A DNA stretch of 64,000 nucleotides from the human T2T-CHM13v2.0 reference genome, Homo sapiens, in the NCBI RefSeq assembly GCF_009914755.1, contig NC_060947.1; one strand, 5' to 3'. Positions 1 to 13,619 of the stretch are shown in pieces; positions within the stretch are counted from its first letter, which is position 1; each line of letters begins with the position of its first letter. The notes beneath the pieces are model-generated. The model saw only the letters and a program-made list of their open reading frames with translations, ran no database searches and had not been told where the DNA came from. A program made the position numbers and the translations under genes.

Positions 1-53
1 CCTGCTATAGTCATACTTTCTTTCTCCTTAATTAGGGAAAAATCTGGAATACA

Positions 54-395
<342 letters not shown>

Positions 396-651
396 TTATG
401 GGAAGTACTTCATACAAACTATGAAATTGTGAGCAAAGTCTAACATCCCATAAGATGATGGTTTGTGAGGAATGCCCTGGGCCCAAAGGGAGTGATCCTA
501 ATAGGCCATAAAAAAAAGAACTACAATCACTTTTAAAGTTTGCTCATGTTAAACCATGAATCCACATACAGTGCAGAATGTACTAAATTCTTGAACAACA
601 TTGTAGGCTGATTGTTTTCATAGAACATTGACTTAAGATACCTAAGTTTCA

Positions 652-830
652 AGCTGGGCATGGTGACACATGCCTGTAGTCCCAGCTACTCAGGTGCCTG
701 AAGAGGGAAGATCACTTGAGGCCAGGAGTTTGAGGCTATAGGGCATTGTGATCATGCCTGTGAATAGTCACTGAACTACAGCTTGGGCAATATACCGAGA
801 CCCCATCTCTATTAAAAATAAATAAATATA
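652..830 (+). mobile_element. Alu monomer (FAM/FRAM-like)
   Basis: Single arm with 7SL-like gtgaatagtcactg...gagaccccatctct and an A-rich tail. Confidence 0.85.
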
Positions 831-3800
831 TACACAAGTACATAGATAAATAAATAAATAAATGGGCCTATGTTTAAAGCTTCTGCTTGAAAGAATAAAG
901 AAAAAGGTAGTTTTAAAATGGAAAGTCATAAACATCCAAATCTTAAAAATTCATGAATTTAGATCATATTGGAAGTAGTACTGGTCAGATAGTTTGGTGG
1001 AGATGGAGAAAGAGTGTTTTGCAGTGTCAGAGTGGCTTCATTAAACACAAAGGGAGAAGTGATTTGCAGCTGGAAATTTCAGATTCACCATAAAATTAAC
1101 ATACATGCCCGATGGGTTCTCATCTAATAAAACTGAGAGAGAGTGCTTGGTATCCTAAAGGCAAAACAACTTAATAAAATTAATCTATCGTGCTCCTAGT
1201 GCTTAGGTACTGCAAGGCTTCAATGATGCATTTTTCATTAAGTGACTGGGTAAATATAATTCTCTGTGTTAGAAAGTCTGAGTCCTTATTCTAATTTATT
1301 GAAATTAGAAATAAAGAACTTACTTAATGACTCATCAGTGTTGGGAAGACAAAGGGGAGGGCACCGTTTTATGGTGGCCCCTATGACTAGAAGAGGGGTA
1401 GTATGAATTTTTATTGGGCTTGAACCAACAGGACTCTTCCGGGACTCATTTATTCTTCCCAGACACCTTTGTCCCAATTTTAGGGGCTAGACAAACTCCA
1501 TACTACCCTCATTTAAATCTTCTAATGTGCATTGAACTCTCTGCCTTTATGTAAGGGGCAGACTGAGCCAGGAAAAAGGAGCTAAGCTAGAGCCTGACCT
1601 TTGTATTTCTGTCATGTTTTACAGAGTAATCCCAGCAAGGGAAAGAACTGACTCAGGGCAGGTTCAGCCTAGCTAGTGTTATCTTTGTGTGTGTTGGAAG
1701 GAGCAGAGAGGGCTAATGAGAAGGCATCTGCTTGGGTTGATGTGAAAAGAACCCTGGGACAAAGGTCTCTTATCCCAAAAGATATACCTCACCTGCCTGC
1801 CCCTTTCACCATAGGTTTCCAACATAGTTAGTCATTCAGTCCCTTGAAAAAATAGAAGTCTTCTTTTAACATGCAAGCGCTCTCAGGAGGTATAAATTGT
1901 TCATGTTTCACAAGTCCTCTCAAGCGCTGGAGTCAAATAAGACTCATGCCCCCAATTGTCACTTATCTTAGGTAAATTCTTAATCTGTCTTAGCCTCAGC
2001 TAAACCATCTGCCAAATGGAGATGATAATCTCTACCTCAAAGGTTGTTTTGTTAAATGAAAAGCAAATGTGTAAGTACCCAAGAAAGTGCCTGACATGCA
2101 TCAGATGTGTCCTTACCTTCTGTCACTTGATCTGTATCAGTCAACTGAGGGGGGAGGTGGCAAAATGGAGTGTAGAAGTGGGTCCCAAAGAATCTAGAGG
2201 AGTAGGCCCAGGCAGGAAAAGCAAAATACAGAAAGGCCAACTCTGACTCAGAATTATGTCCAGGGTTGGAATTTCTGTGCGTCAAAGTGCTGAAATAACA
2301 TGCAGTAGCAGTTCAAGCCTGCTGTTAAGTAGCACTAGCACGATGGTTCAAAAGAGGGCTTTGTGACTCAGCCTTGGTTCTCAACATAGTGGAGAAGAAC
2401 TCTGCTTATCATTTATATGACACTGGGTAAGTTACTAATTTGGCTGAGCCTCAATTACCTCCTCTGTAAAATTAAGAGTATAATAGTGCTTTCCTTAGAG
2501 TTATTGTTAGGCTTAAATGTGTTACTATGCATACAGTGGCTGGCACAAAGTAAATGTTCAGTAAATGTAACTTGTCATTAGTATTACCAGTAACTCTACT
2601 ATTACTATTATTTTATCTTCCAGAGTTAATAAATTATTTGTAAGTTCCAGAGCACTTAGTCCTAGGACCAGATTTCAGATGAATTTGGGAGAAAACTAAA
2701 GATTTTTTTCTAGTGTTACCCTACTTCTTATTTCAGAGTCTTTTTAGGCCTGGTGGCAGCCCCCCACCCTAAAGGGTTCAGTGTCTTATTCCCTTTCTAT
2801 TATTTGCCTTTTCATAAGCTCTGCCCTCAGAGTTTCTGGAGGGAAGACTCCAACACGAATTCTTGCTATTATATGAATGGGTGTTAACTCAAATCCTGCA
2901 CCTTCCATTGAATTTACACTTTTAATAAAGGCAGTCTCTTAATTTCAGAGACCATTAGTTATTTTATTCCCTTCAACTCCAGGGATAGATTAGCAATAAA
3001 CAAGTGGCTCATGTACAGACTTTTATGGTCAATTTTTCATACAAACTAGTAAATGAAAAACAGCTTGTGATGGAAGAAGCTCAGACCAACTTGATCAGGG
3101 CATGTGAGGAATGACTTGGGCCCAGAGAGAGAGATTCTAATAAACCAGGAAAATGACTTTCTTAACCCCCATTGTTCATTGACGTCAAGTCCAAAATGCA
3201 CAAGCCTGGGTGCTGAGCAGGCTTGCAAGTTTACTTGTCAGACCAATTTAAGACCCTTGACATTTGGGTTTCTTTTTAGCCAGGCAAAATAGGGGAGAAG
3301 GAATTTTACAATATATATTTTAAAACATCAAATCAGAAGGATGCTGAGATTCATCTTGGCATTTTTATTTTACCATTTGCTTCCCCAAAGTACTTTTAAT
3401 CGGGTGAATGTTAAGTTTGGGGTCAGTAGAGGACGAGAAGGCATGTTGGGCACCAGAATCAACTATTAGATTTTTTTTAAAAGGAAAACATAATATCCAA
3501 ATGCTCTTTCAAGCTACAATTCTCGGAGATACTCCAAAGAAAATAGCGCTTAATTGGCTCATGTGATCTTCCCTAAGTAGTTATCTACAAATATATCCAA
3601 TAGGTCCAGAAAGTTTAGACTGCTGAGGCTGAGAAGAGGTGAGTGGGATGATGTATTTTGTGATTAAGCAGCTTGGTATATTAAAGTGTCATTGTTAGAA
3701 CATGAGTTGTAAGTGCTCTTCTCCATGCGCCCCTCTCACTCCTTGTTCCCCAGTGATCCCTCTTGTGCCCCTGGATGGTCTTTACTTCTTTCTGGCCTTC

Positions 3801-4399
3801 GTCTCAAAACTTGTTTTTATAGACGCGCGCGCGCGTGTGTGTGTGTGTGCACACTTGCATTTGCATTGAATCGGACAACAAAAATTCCCACTGTGATGTG
3901 AACGAATAAAAAAACCCAGCTCAACAAGATATTTGCATTTTAATAAAGAATATAAAGTCCTAAAGATAGAATTTCAGGCACTAGTAATTATGGAGTAAGG
4001 GGCTTCTTGGCCAGATGGAGCTTTATTATGTTTCTTTTTACCATGTGCCTGCAATATTTAATTAGGCTCTACTCACATCTATCTGGCCTTTGTAATCATC
4101 TGGCTTGCATAAGAAGTTATAGGTAGCAGGCAGTAGCTGATGTGAAGAGACCCACTGGGTTAGCAGTAGACTTAGCAAAATGTGGCACATATAGGCTACT
4201 AATTTTATTTAAGTAGGCTTTGTTCACCAACAGAGGAAGTTGAAACAGTATCTGGCATTCATTCCACATTCTGGCATTCTATAATAGCAAGTGCTATCAT
4301 GTATCAAGCACAGTGTTAAATGTTGAGCTCCAATCAGTAATAAGATATGGTTATTTTCTTGGAAGAACTCAGAGTCCAGTGGGAAAGACAAGTAAACAT

Positions 4400-5610
4400 T
4401 AAAAAATACAAAGTGATTGGACAACTGGCTAGCTACTTGAATAAAATATCTGGATCCCAAGTGACTCTTCACCGAAATAAATTCTGGATTGATCAACAAT
4501 TTCAATATTAAAAGATGGAAAAACCATAAGGTACTAAATGAAAACATGGTGATTTCTTTTATAATCTTGCAATGAAAGAAACCTTTCTAAGTAAGCATGC
4601 TACAAAAACTGAATATATATATATATATAGGAAAAATTTGATACAGTTGACTACATAAATACTATCATTTCTGTATGGCAGTAATAAATAATTAAGCAAG
4701 TCAAAAGGCAAATGACAAACTAAGAAAAAAATATGTATTACAAAAATGACAACAGACTACTTTAAAAAATATACCTGAAGCATTTACAATTCATGAAGGG
4801 AAAAGACTAGAAATTGGATAAGGAATCTTAACAGAAAAAGAAATATAAATACCCAATGGATATAAAAATTCTGCTCAAACTTGCTTTTAATTGTTTAAAG
4901 ACAAATCAAAACAATGAGTTATAATTTTCCCCTATCACATTTAAAATTTGATGAAGTTTTATAGAACAAGGTTTCTGAGGCTATAGGGATGCAGTAACTC
5001 TCATGCACAGTCAAAGTAAAACTTGGAGCTATATATTTGGAGGGCAATTTGACATATTTATCAAGGTTGTAAAAGGCCATAATCTTTAACCCAGCAATTC
5101 CAGTTTTAAGAATTTATCCCTAGGGCACATTTACATAAACAAGCAAATATACATTTATAAAAGGATGTTCATTATAACATTCTTTCTAATAGCAAACCAA
5201 AACAAAACAAGCACAGCAGTACCAAACCAAAACAACAATAGAAAAAAAAGACAGTCTCCTCAATAGGTAAGTGAATCACAGTACATCCATCCTTTGAATA
5301 TTATGTAGCAAATTAAAAAAAAGTATATATATATATATATATATATATCCTCTGATATGGGAAGCGCTCCTAGATACATTGAATGAAAAAAGCAAGGTAC
5401 AGAACAGTATGATCTGATCTATGTGACAACAAAGCATATGCAGATATTCTTGCATATGCATTAAACAATTCTGGAAAAATACACAAGAAACTGTTAACAG
5501 AGAGCTTACCTCTGGAGATTAAGACTGTGGTGGGAGGCTCCGATATGGACATATTCTACTTTTCAATTCATAATCTACTGTACTGTTTGCATATTTTAAC
5601 CATGTGCATT
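4400..5610 (+). mobile_element. Old L1 (L1M) 3' ORF2/3'UTR fragment
   Basis: A-rich; L1 motifs such as acccagcaattccagttttaagaatttatcc and caaaaggcaaatgacaaact. Confidence 0.8.
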
Positions 5611-6529
5611 TATTATTATTACCGTTCTTTATCACTAAATAAATACTATTTTATATGTAAGTGAAATATAATACCAACTCCAATTATAACATATATAATA
5701 TGTATACATATATAGATAGAAAGCTAGACTACTATACAGGCTACTCTAATAGCATAGGAGATGGTCACCTAAGCCAAATAATGTCACTGTCATGGTTGGG
5801 GGTAGGGGGAGGCTTACTGAAAGAAGGTGATAGCCGCACTGTATTTTGATTGATGACTAAGAATTAGGTGAAGAAGAGAGTTGTAGGGGTTACTCCAAGA
5901 AAATACATATTATTCTATATTCTATATGTTATTGTAGAGAACAGTAACATAAAGAAATTATTGATTGGGAGCTGCAGTATGGTAGGGGATGTTAGGCTGG
6001 AGAGTGGGAGCAGTTGAAGTTGGAGATAGAGACAGGGACTAGAGACTTTGAAGGGCTTTGCCTGCCATGCTAACTACATTAGACTAAAGTCTCAGGGACT
6101 AGTTTTCTTGAAAACGATGAACTAAAAGATTCACACTGTGATGTAAATAAATAAAAACAGGTATTTGCATTTTAATAAAGCACAGAATGTTCCACAGGTC
6201 CAATTTCAAGCATTGGTAATTAGGGAAGAGGAATCTCCCTCATGTCTCTCAGTTCACACATTTATGAGAGGATGACACACCTGGTTGTCTGCATACCAGA
6301 CTGTTCTACTCAGTAGGGAACTTGCCACCCTTCTGGAGGTGGGGGAGGATTCTATTTTCCAGAAACCCCCTAGTCCATCACTGGTAATAAGAAACTAGGG
6401 ATAGAGGGTGGCTCCCATGGCAACCAGTGCCCACAGCCCTGTAAACACTTATAGCTGAGAGGGACTGGGAGGCAAACAGGTGTTCTAACCAGCTGGGTCT
6501 GCTGGTTTCTTTCCATTGGTACCACATGG

Positions 6530-6745
6530 TCCAGGGGAAAGTGCACAGATTCTGGAGTAAGACAAACCTGGGTTTTCATACTGGCTTTGTCACTCATTAG
6601 CTCTGTGACTCTGGGCAAGTTACTTAATCTTTCAGCATTGCAAGTCTCTTGTAGGGTTGTGTGAAATAATGTATTTTAAGCACTTAGCACAGTGCCTGAT
6701 GTGTAGGAAGAAACTGATGAGTGTTAGCTTTTGTAATCATGATTA
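6530..6745 (+). mobile_element. MIR SINE
   Basis: ctctgtgactctgggcaagttacttaatct...cacttagcacagtgcctg. Confidence 0.85.
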
Positions 6746-7859
6746 TTCCCACTTCCGCATGAACCCACTAAGGATTGCTATAGTCTTTGCCATATTTATT
6801 AAATTATCATTATCCATTCTTACCCATGAGTCTTCCAAGAACTTTTGTCCTCTTTCTCCAAAAGTCCACCAAATATTATTATTATTATTCCTTCTTCCCT
6901 ATGAGCCCATTGTCGATTATTGTTCCGTTGTCATTATTATGAAAGTCACTGATGATGTTATCTCCCCTTCCCTGTGAGCCTCCTGACTCCACCTTATGAC
7001 TCCTGACTCCACCTCGTGACTTCTCCAGGCCCCACCACTGGAGGGAGCAGCAGAGCTGAAGCGCTGTTCCTGCCTTCCAGAGCCGCCCTGCTTGCTTTTA
7101 GCATGTGAAGAGGGCCAACAAGGCAGAAATGAATGGATTTCCAAGCTCTGCCTCCTCTCCTACCTTTCCTCCTATGCTCGCCAAGGTCCCAGCGTCTCCT
7201 ACAGTTTGGGGTTTGTGTTCTCTCATCTTTTCTTCCTTGTTGGAGTGATTGAAATAAATAAGTTCAACCAATAGGTGGAAACAAGTCAGCTTGAGTTTCA
7301 CCAGAAAGCGTAGGAGGACCTAGGTATCAAGAGAAGGTGAAAGAATTCTTCAGATGTGGATGGAGTCTACGAACCGCAGACCCAGAATTTCTAAGAAGAT
7401 ATGAATGTGAGATAATGAAAGTTACTTCTTTTTCCTGAGCTCTTACACTGTGCTAAGCACATAACATCCTTATTGCACTCATAAGAGTTTGACACTCATT
7501 ATTCTCCTCCTGCAGATGAGGACGCCGAGGCGGGAGAAATTAAGGGACTTGTCTAAGGTCACAGGCTTGTCTGCCTCCTGGGCTGGGGACTTTAATCTCT
7601 ACCTTAAGCTGCAGTTTAAAGAGAAAGAAAAAGAAAACAAACTTGAAGTTGAGCAAACATGGGGCAGAGACAGCTCAAGGTTATTTCTCTTCATATTTCA
7701 ATGATAACCTCAGGTTGTGATTTTTAGAATTTTTCTCTTGTATTTTCCTTTTAAATTTGTTATGGCTTTGTAGCCTTTAACTTTTGTTTGCAGTTAGTAT
7801 CCTTTGAACTTCATTATCTGTTTTCTCTATGATTTCTAAGAGAAAAATCTGCAGAAAAA

Positions 7860-8110
7860 AATAATTACAGCTACCATTTATGGATTACCTTTTGCATGCT
7901 AGGCAATTTACAGACATCATAGCGAATCCTCTAACAACTCTCAGGATTAGGTCTATTATTATTCACTTCAACTTTACAAAAAGAGAGGCTGAGACTCAGA
8001 AAGTTTTCATGGCTTGTCCAAGGACATGCAGTTGGTAAGTGGCTAAGTGGAAGATTCAAACCCTGGGCTCTTTCGCTCCAAAGCTCATGTTCTTCCCCAT
8101 ACTATAAAAC
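7860..8110 (-). mobile_element. MIR SINE
   Basis: Reverse-complement MIR core: gaggctgagactcagaaag...gattcaaaccc. Confidence 0.8.
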
Positions 8111-8759
8111 TGACTGTTTGTGTACCACGCTACCTCAAAAGGGTTTATGGCTTGTTTTTGGTCAGACAAGGAAAAAAGAAAAGAATCTCTGTGTGTTAGC
8201 CTTGGGAGGAGGATGAGTGGGAGCTGTTTAACAGAGAGCACAGAACAATGCCCAGGGCCCATGGAAGACAGAGGAGAATGGTGAGCTGTTGGCAGAGTAA
8301 GAAGCATCCCCAGGAATTTGTGTCAACAAACCCCTCACCCCGAAGTTGTTGCCTTCAGTAGTGTGACCCTTCAACCACTGAGTGGCATCTGGAACTAAGA
8401 TGTGATACCAGATGGGTTATTTTCCCTCTCTCTCTGACACAACTAGGCTGACAGAAGGTTTAGAATAAAATGTTGGAACCATTTTGCGAGGTTTGAAGGG
8501 TGTGAGGAGTAGGGACAAGCTCATTTCTGAAGAAGGGGAAGGTAAATGAAATCTCATGTTTTCTTTGTCTTCAGGAGGTCTCCAGGAGGGGATGAGTCAC
8601 TGGAAAATCTTTTGACAGAGCCTTTAATGAAAAGTACTCAGGAACTTCTAATGCTCCCTACCAGGTCTTCCCTTATTAAGTCCCCTAATGTGTGACCAGT
8701 GTGTAAAGCAAAGGGATTTGCCCCAAGTTGACTCTCTGATGTTGTAAAATGGTCAGTAG

Positions 8760-9311
8760 TGTAATAATGGTGACCCTATTAACAGACAAAGTGGCCCTTT
8801 TCCATGTTGTCCCAAAGGATTGTCAGGCCTGGCGCCAGCAAGAATTGCTACTGAGGGAGGAATCTTGCCTAGAACTTTTTTGAGACCTGCCACCATCCAG
8901 TCTGCTCTTTGTTCCCCTTTGAGCCTGGCCTCATTTGGCTGTTCTCCCTCTGGTATGCCCCTAGCTAGCGTGCCAGCCAAGCTGTTGCCCTTCACACACC
9001 CCGCCCGCAGACCGATATGCTTGCTCCCTTTGCTTGGCTGCCAGGGAGAGGATTTATATCAAGATTGCTCAACTAGGAAATGCCGAGTTCCATACAATTC
9101 CAATGCTTGCTTTCTGTCACATTTTTGTTATTTCATAGTCTTGACCTTTAACCTTTATGTCGAGAAATCCTTGTGGATGAGTCTACCTTTGAATGATTTG
9201 TCTTGCAGCCTCAGGTTTAATATTCTGTGTCTCGAATTATTTTAGATGCCTGGGCTAGTCTGCCTCTGCTCTCATTGACCCGCTATCAATAAACACAGGG
9301 TTTGCTTAACA
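8760..9311 (+). mobile_element. Probable old solo LTR (family not identified)
   Basis: Begins TGTAA, ends TAACA, has AATAAA at 9288-9293 and is GC-richer than its flanks. TSD degenerate. Confidence 0.5.
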
Positions 9312-9754
9312 ATAAGGCATATTCTGTTTTATGTGTGTACTCACTCTGATCAAAATAGAGATGTTTATAAATGGAGTTCTCTATGGAGGTCTAAGCCAAA
9401 CCACAACCTGGGCATTTCTATAGTACTTTGTAAATTGTTGTGCAAGTGGTAGTGTTAGATAAAATAACACACTGAGGGGAAAGTGAGTTTTTATTGCTAT
9501 AAAACTACTTTAACCTAACCTTCTTCCCACACATTTCACCCTTCTGGCCCCTCAATTATGGTAGTAGGGAGCAGTAGGAGAGCAAGAGTAACCCTAAAAT
9601 CACCAACATTGAAATACAGTCTCTTAAGTCAATACTCTTAGTCAACAACATTTTAACAAAAAAGATTGTCTTTACGCATAGGCCTGTAGTAGGCAGGTGG
9701 GAACCTACACTTCAGCAGTTGTATGAGCCAGGGGGTAATTTTTGAGGTCTAGCT

Positions 9755-10125
9755 TTAGAAGAGTGTGCTCAACCTTGGCTGTGCATGGGAATAACCTGAG
9801 GACTTTAGGAATACTAATTCCTGGGTCCCAACCTCAGAGACTTTGATTTAGGTAATCTCGGGGGGTGGGGTGCAATCTGGTCATAGGGATTTTAAAGAGC
9901 TCTTTTGGTGATTCTTGTATGTAGCCAAGGTCTAGAACCATTAATCTAGAGCCTTGTTGCACAAAGTATGATATGTGTGCCAATAGAATGAACATTACCT
10001 AGGAACTTGTGAGAAATGCAGATGATCAGGCCCTGCCCCAGACCTACTGAATCAGAATCTATGTTTTAACAGAATGCCCTGGTGATTCATATGCACATTA
10101 AAGTTTGAGAGGCACTGCTCTAGAA
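9755..10125. mobile_element. Two adjacent MER5-family hAT-Charlie MITEs
   Basis: ctcaaccttggctgtgcat...tctagaaccatt and agaaatgcagat...agacctactgaatcagaatct...gtttgagaggcactg, with ctag-type target sites. Confidence 0.85.
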
Positions 10126-10439
10126 GTGTCATCTCTTGAAAAGCACACTCTGGAAAGAACACTAGCATAGTCAACCAACATGCCCGCTGGCATTCTGGGT
10201 TTTTGAAAATATGACAAATAAACCCTATGACATCAATTGCAGAGGGAGTATCTACATCAGTCTAAGAAAGATGAACTCTCCCACTACAGAAAAATGAGAG
10301 GAAAAGGTAGACAACTTAGCATGTAGCACTGTTTCTTTCTGGTCTATCTTGTAAGCTTGGATTCTTCTGCTGGTAGTCTTCAAAGACTCATGGATATGGA
10401 GAGAGGTGCCAAAAGACTAAATAAAACAATGATTTTCCC

Positions 10440-10900
10440 CCCAAAGCAAGGAGAATCTACAAATGGTAGCCTAGTGAGTTTGACGTTGTTCCCCAGCAAA
10501 CTTCTAGAATAGATTATTAAGAAGATGATTTCTGAGCCCTTAGAAAGAGACTTACTAATCACTAGAAACCAGCATGGGTTCATTAAGAACAAGTCATGCC
10601 AGACTAAGCTCATTTCCTTTTGGATGGGCTTACAAGAAGAAGCTGCAAAAATTATTTACCTGGGCTTCAGCAAGGATCTTGACAAACACTTCTGTGATGT
10701 CCTTTCAGACAAGGTGGAGAAATGGGGACTAGCTGAGAGCATGGATAGTTGAAGGTTCAACTCGTTAAATGATCATATACAAAATGTATGGATTTAATGA
10801 ATTATTGTAAACCCAGAAAGACACTTGGATCAGGTTAAGATGTTGACCAAATTTAGAACTAAGACCAAGCTTGGAGGGACATTTGTATACATTGTATAAC
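10440..10900 (+). mobile_element. L3/CR1 LINE reverse-transcriptase fragment
   Basis: ORF ITRNQHGFIKNKSCQTKLISF...IYLGFSKDLDK matches the CR1 ORF2 motif QHGF..GKSCLTNL..F...IYLDFSKAFD. Confidence 0.92.
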
Positions 10901-10949
10901 AGAAAATAACAATGTTCATTGTTGTCATCTTCAGGCCTTACACTGGCAT

Positions 10950-11100
10950 AATACTTTTCTAATTACAGAGCACTTTCACATATGTTGTTTCATTTGATCT
11001 TCACCACAACCCTGCAAAATTAGAATAGTGATTATGTCCATTTTACAGATAGGAAAACCGAAGTTGAAAGATTCAGTGATTTGCCAAGTGGACAAATACC
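10950..11100 (-). mobile_element. MIR SINE
   Basis: tttcatttgatcttcaccacaaccctgc...ccattttacagataggaaaaccgaag. Confidence 0.85.
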
Positions 11101-11104
11101 TATA

Positions 11105-11520
11105 AAGATACCACATGTTCTCACGCATATGTTGGTGCTTAAAAAAAATTGAAATCACGGAGATAGACAGTAGAATAATGGTTATCAGAAGCTGGGAGGG
11201 TAGTTGGGGGTGGGGGGGATAAAGTGGAGGTAGCTAATGAGTACAGAAATACAGTTAGATAGAAGGAGTAAGATCTAGTAGTTGGTAGCACAATAGGGTG
11301 ACTATAATTAACAATAATTTACTGTATATTTTAAAATAACAGGGTGAAATTGGAATGTTCCTAACACAAAGAAACAGTAAGTGCTTAAGGTGATGGATAT
11401 TCCAATTACCTGGATTTGATGAGTACACATGGTATGTCTGTATCAAAACATCATATGTACCCCATAAATATATACAACTGTTATGTACCCATAATAATTA
11501 AAAATAAAAATGTAAAAAGA
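11105..11520 (+). mobile_element. L1MA 3' end
   Basis: ccacatgttctcacg...gtagcacaatagggtgactata...catatgtaccccataaatatatac followed by an A-rich tail. Confidence 0.92.
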
Positions 11521-11559
11521 GTTTTAAAAAATGAACATAAAAAACCCATATATTTGAGG

Positions 11560-12145
11560 CAAATATAAAGTTGTATGTTTCAGCTTCAAAACTAACTGCA
11601 TGAACTCAGAGTGAAGGCAAGTCTTAGCAGTAATTCTATAAAGGGCATGGTAGTTTTAGTTAACTTCAAACTTAGTATGAGCCCACAGTGTTAAGTGGTT
11701 GCTAAATATGCTATTGAGATCTCAGGGGTATATTAATGAAAGTACAATGTCCATCACATTGGAGGTGATAGTTTCTTTGTTTCCAAAGTTGATCAGAACA
11801 TCTCTAAGGTACTGTTTTACTCTGATTATTGCATTTCCAAAAAAAAAAAAGATGTTTTATCCGGAAAAATGAAGACTTAAGGAAGAATTTTGTGTTACAC
11901 ATTTTCTGTGGGTCAATGGGTATACAAGCTGGAATAAGGCAGCTCCCAGGACACTAAAAAATTTCCTGACCATTATAGTTACCTGATAATTGAAGGACAA
12001 CCATTCTTTACAGTTAGTAAAGCCCCTACCCCTCCCCCTCTAGAAGAGTTCAAGCAGAGGCTGGTCAGCCGCTTGTTTGGTATGTTGTAGAAAGTTTGTG
12101 CATTGTATCATCTCTGATGGCTCTTCCAATTCTAACATTTTCCAA
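11560..12145 (+). mobile_element. L3/CR1 3' portion
   Basis: cttagtatgagcccacagtgt...gagttcaagcagaggctgg...ttccaattctaacatttt. Confidence 0.75.
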
Positions 12146-13019
12146 GTCTAGAATTCCTTCACTGTGTCTGGATAAATATGGTCAAGTCCAACTTTGGGTC
12201 ATCAGTTGATGAATTCCCCAAGACTGACTGTTGGGGTCAAAATGGAGCAATGGCTTGAGTAATGATTCTGCAAATTAAGGAATCATTGGCTAGTTTTGAC
12301 AGGTTTCTTGCCAAGTGCCACCTTTTACAGGATTTGTCTCAAGCTCAGAATTAATTTTGGCCTCTGCTAGCCTGTGATTTCACGTAGATTGTTCCTGGAC
12401 CTTTTGCATATGGTACCAAAGATGGCCTTCTAAAGTAACCAGGGATTTCACCACAAAAGCCATCCTTTGTAGGCCAATAACTCATGAATGGCTTGAATTT
12501 CTCCACAAATTCTTACCACGCCCAGTTGAAAGCATGACTCTAGCCAGGATCCTGCAGAGTTAATTTACCACACAATATGATAGTTTTGGCTTAGGGTCCA
12601 TTGTTTGGGGTGGGAGGGGCCTGAGGGAATATCTTTCTTCTCCAGACCTGTTGCCACTAGTCATGTGGTTTCCTTTTCAGGGATTTCCCCAGAATGGGGA
12701 CCATCTCATCACATTGGCCCCCTCCTCAGCTTTGGAATCACTTTATCTCTCTCAGGGAGGGAAGTTGAAAGAATTTTCAACTTCTACAGCAGAGCTGAGT
12801 GGCTTGGACTTCTGGGAGGGAAGGGGAGAGATCGGGTCTAAATTTGGGAATGCATGAGTCTTCCTTCTCAATGATCCTACAGGCCAGCTTCCATGCATAA
12901 GTGGGGCCTGGACTAGATTTCCACAGGAGGACTGCAGGTTTTGTTGGACAATGATGATGAGTTAGGCCAAGGCACCTCCTTCCCTTGAGAGTTGCAAGGT
13001 CAGGATCTCAGAGAAACCT

Positions 13020-13285
13020 GAGAGAGCATAACTTAGTGGTTATAAACACAATCTTTGAAGCCAGACTGGCTGGGTCCAAATCTTGTCCCTAACACTTGCT
13101 AGCTGTGTGACCTAGGCAGCCTACTTAACCTCTATGTGCCTCCATTTCCTTTTTTGTAAGGAATGTGAATGGTGATAGTACCTACCTCATAGATCTGTTG
13201 TGAGGATTAAGATGCATAATAAATGTAAAGCACTAGAACAAGGTCTAACAAACATAAGTGTATGTGAGTGTTTGTTCAATAATAT
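13020..13285 (+). mobile_element. MIR SINE, near full length
   Basis: ttagtggtta...gccagactggctgggt...ctagctgtgtgacct...tagtacctacctcatag. Confidence 0.92.
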
Positions 13286-13619
13286 ACATCAAAGAGTAGG
13301 CTGAGAAGGTGGTCAATTTAGTAAAAATATTTATTGAATATCTACTATGTTCCAGATACTCTGCTCACTGAGGTTTAGCGTGGGAGAGTCTGGCTTTGGA
13401 AGCAGGCAAACTTGAACTCTAATTCTAGCTCTGCCCTTGCCTATGAGCTTGGTGACCTGGGAGGATGGTACTTAATCTCCCTGAGCCTCTGTTTTTTCAT
13501 GTGTAATATGGGGATAATAACAGCAAGGAATCTTACACAGTGTTGTTGTTAAGAGAAAATGAGACAGTGCCTATAGATCTGACACATAGAGAGGAGCTCA
13601 CTAGGTGGTAATACATGAC

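Noticed and set aside
10525-10752. Reverse-transcriptase-like ORF as a novel RT system
   Set aside because: Short decayed fragment of an L3/CR1 LINE.
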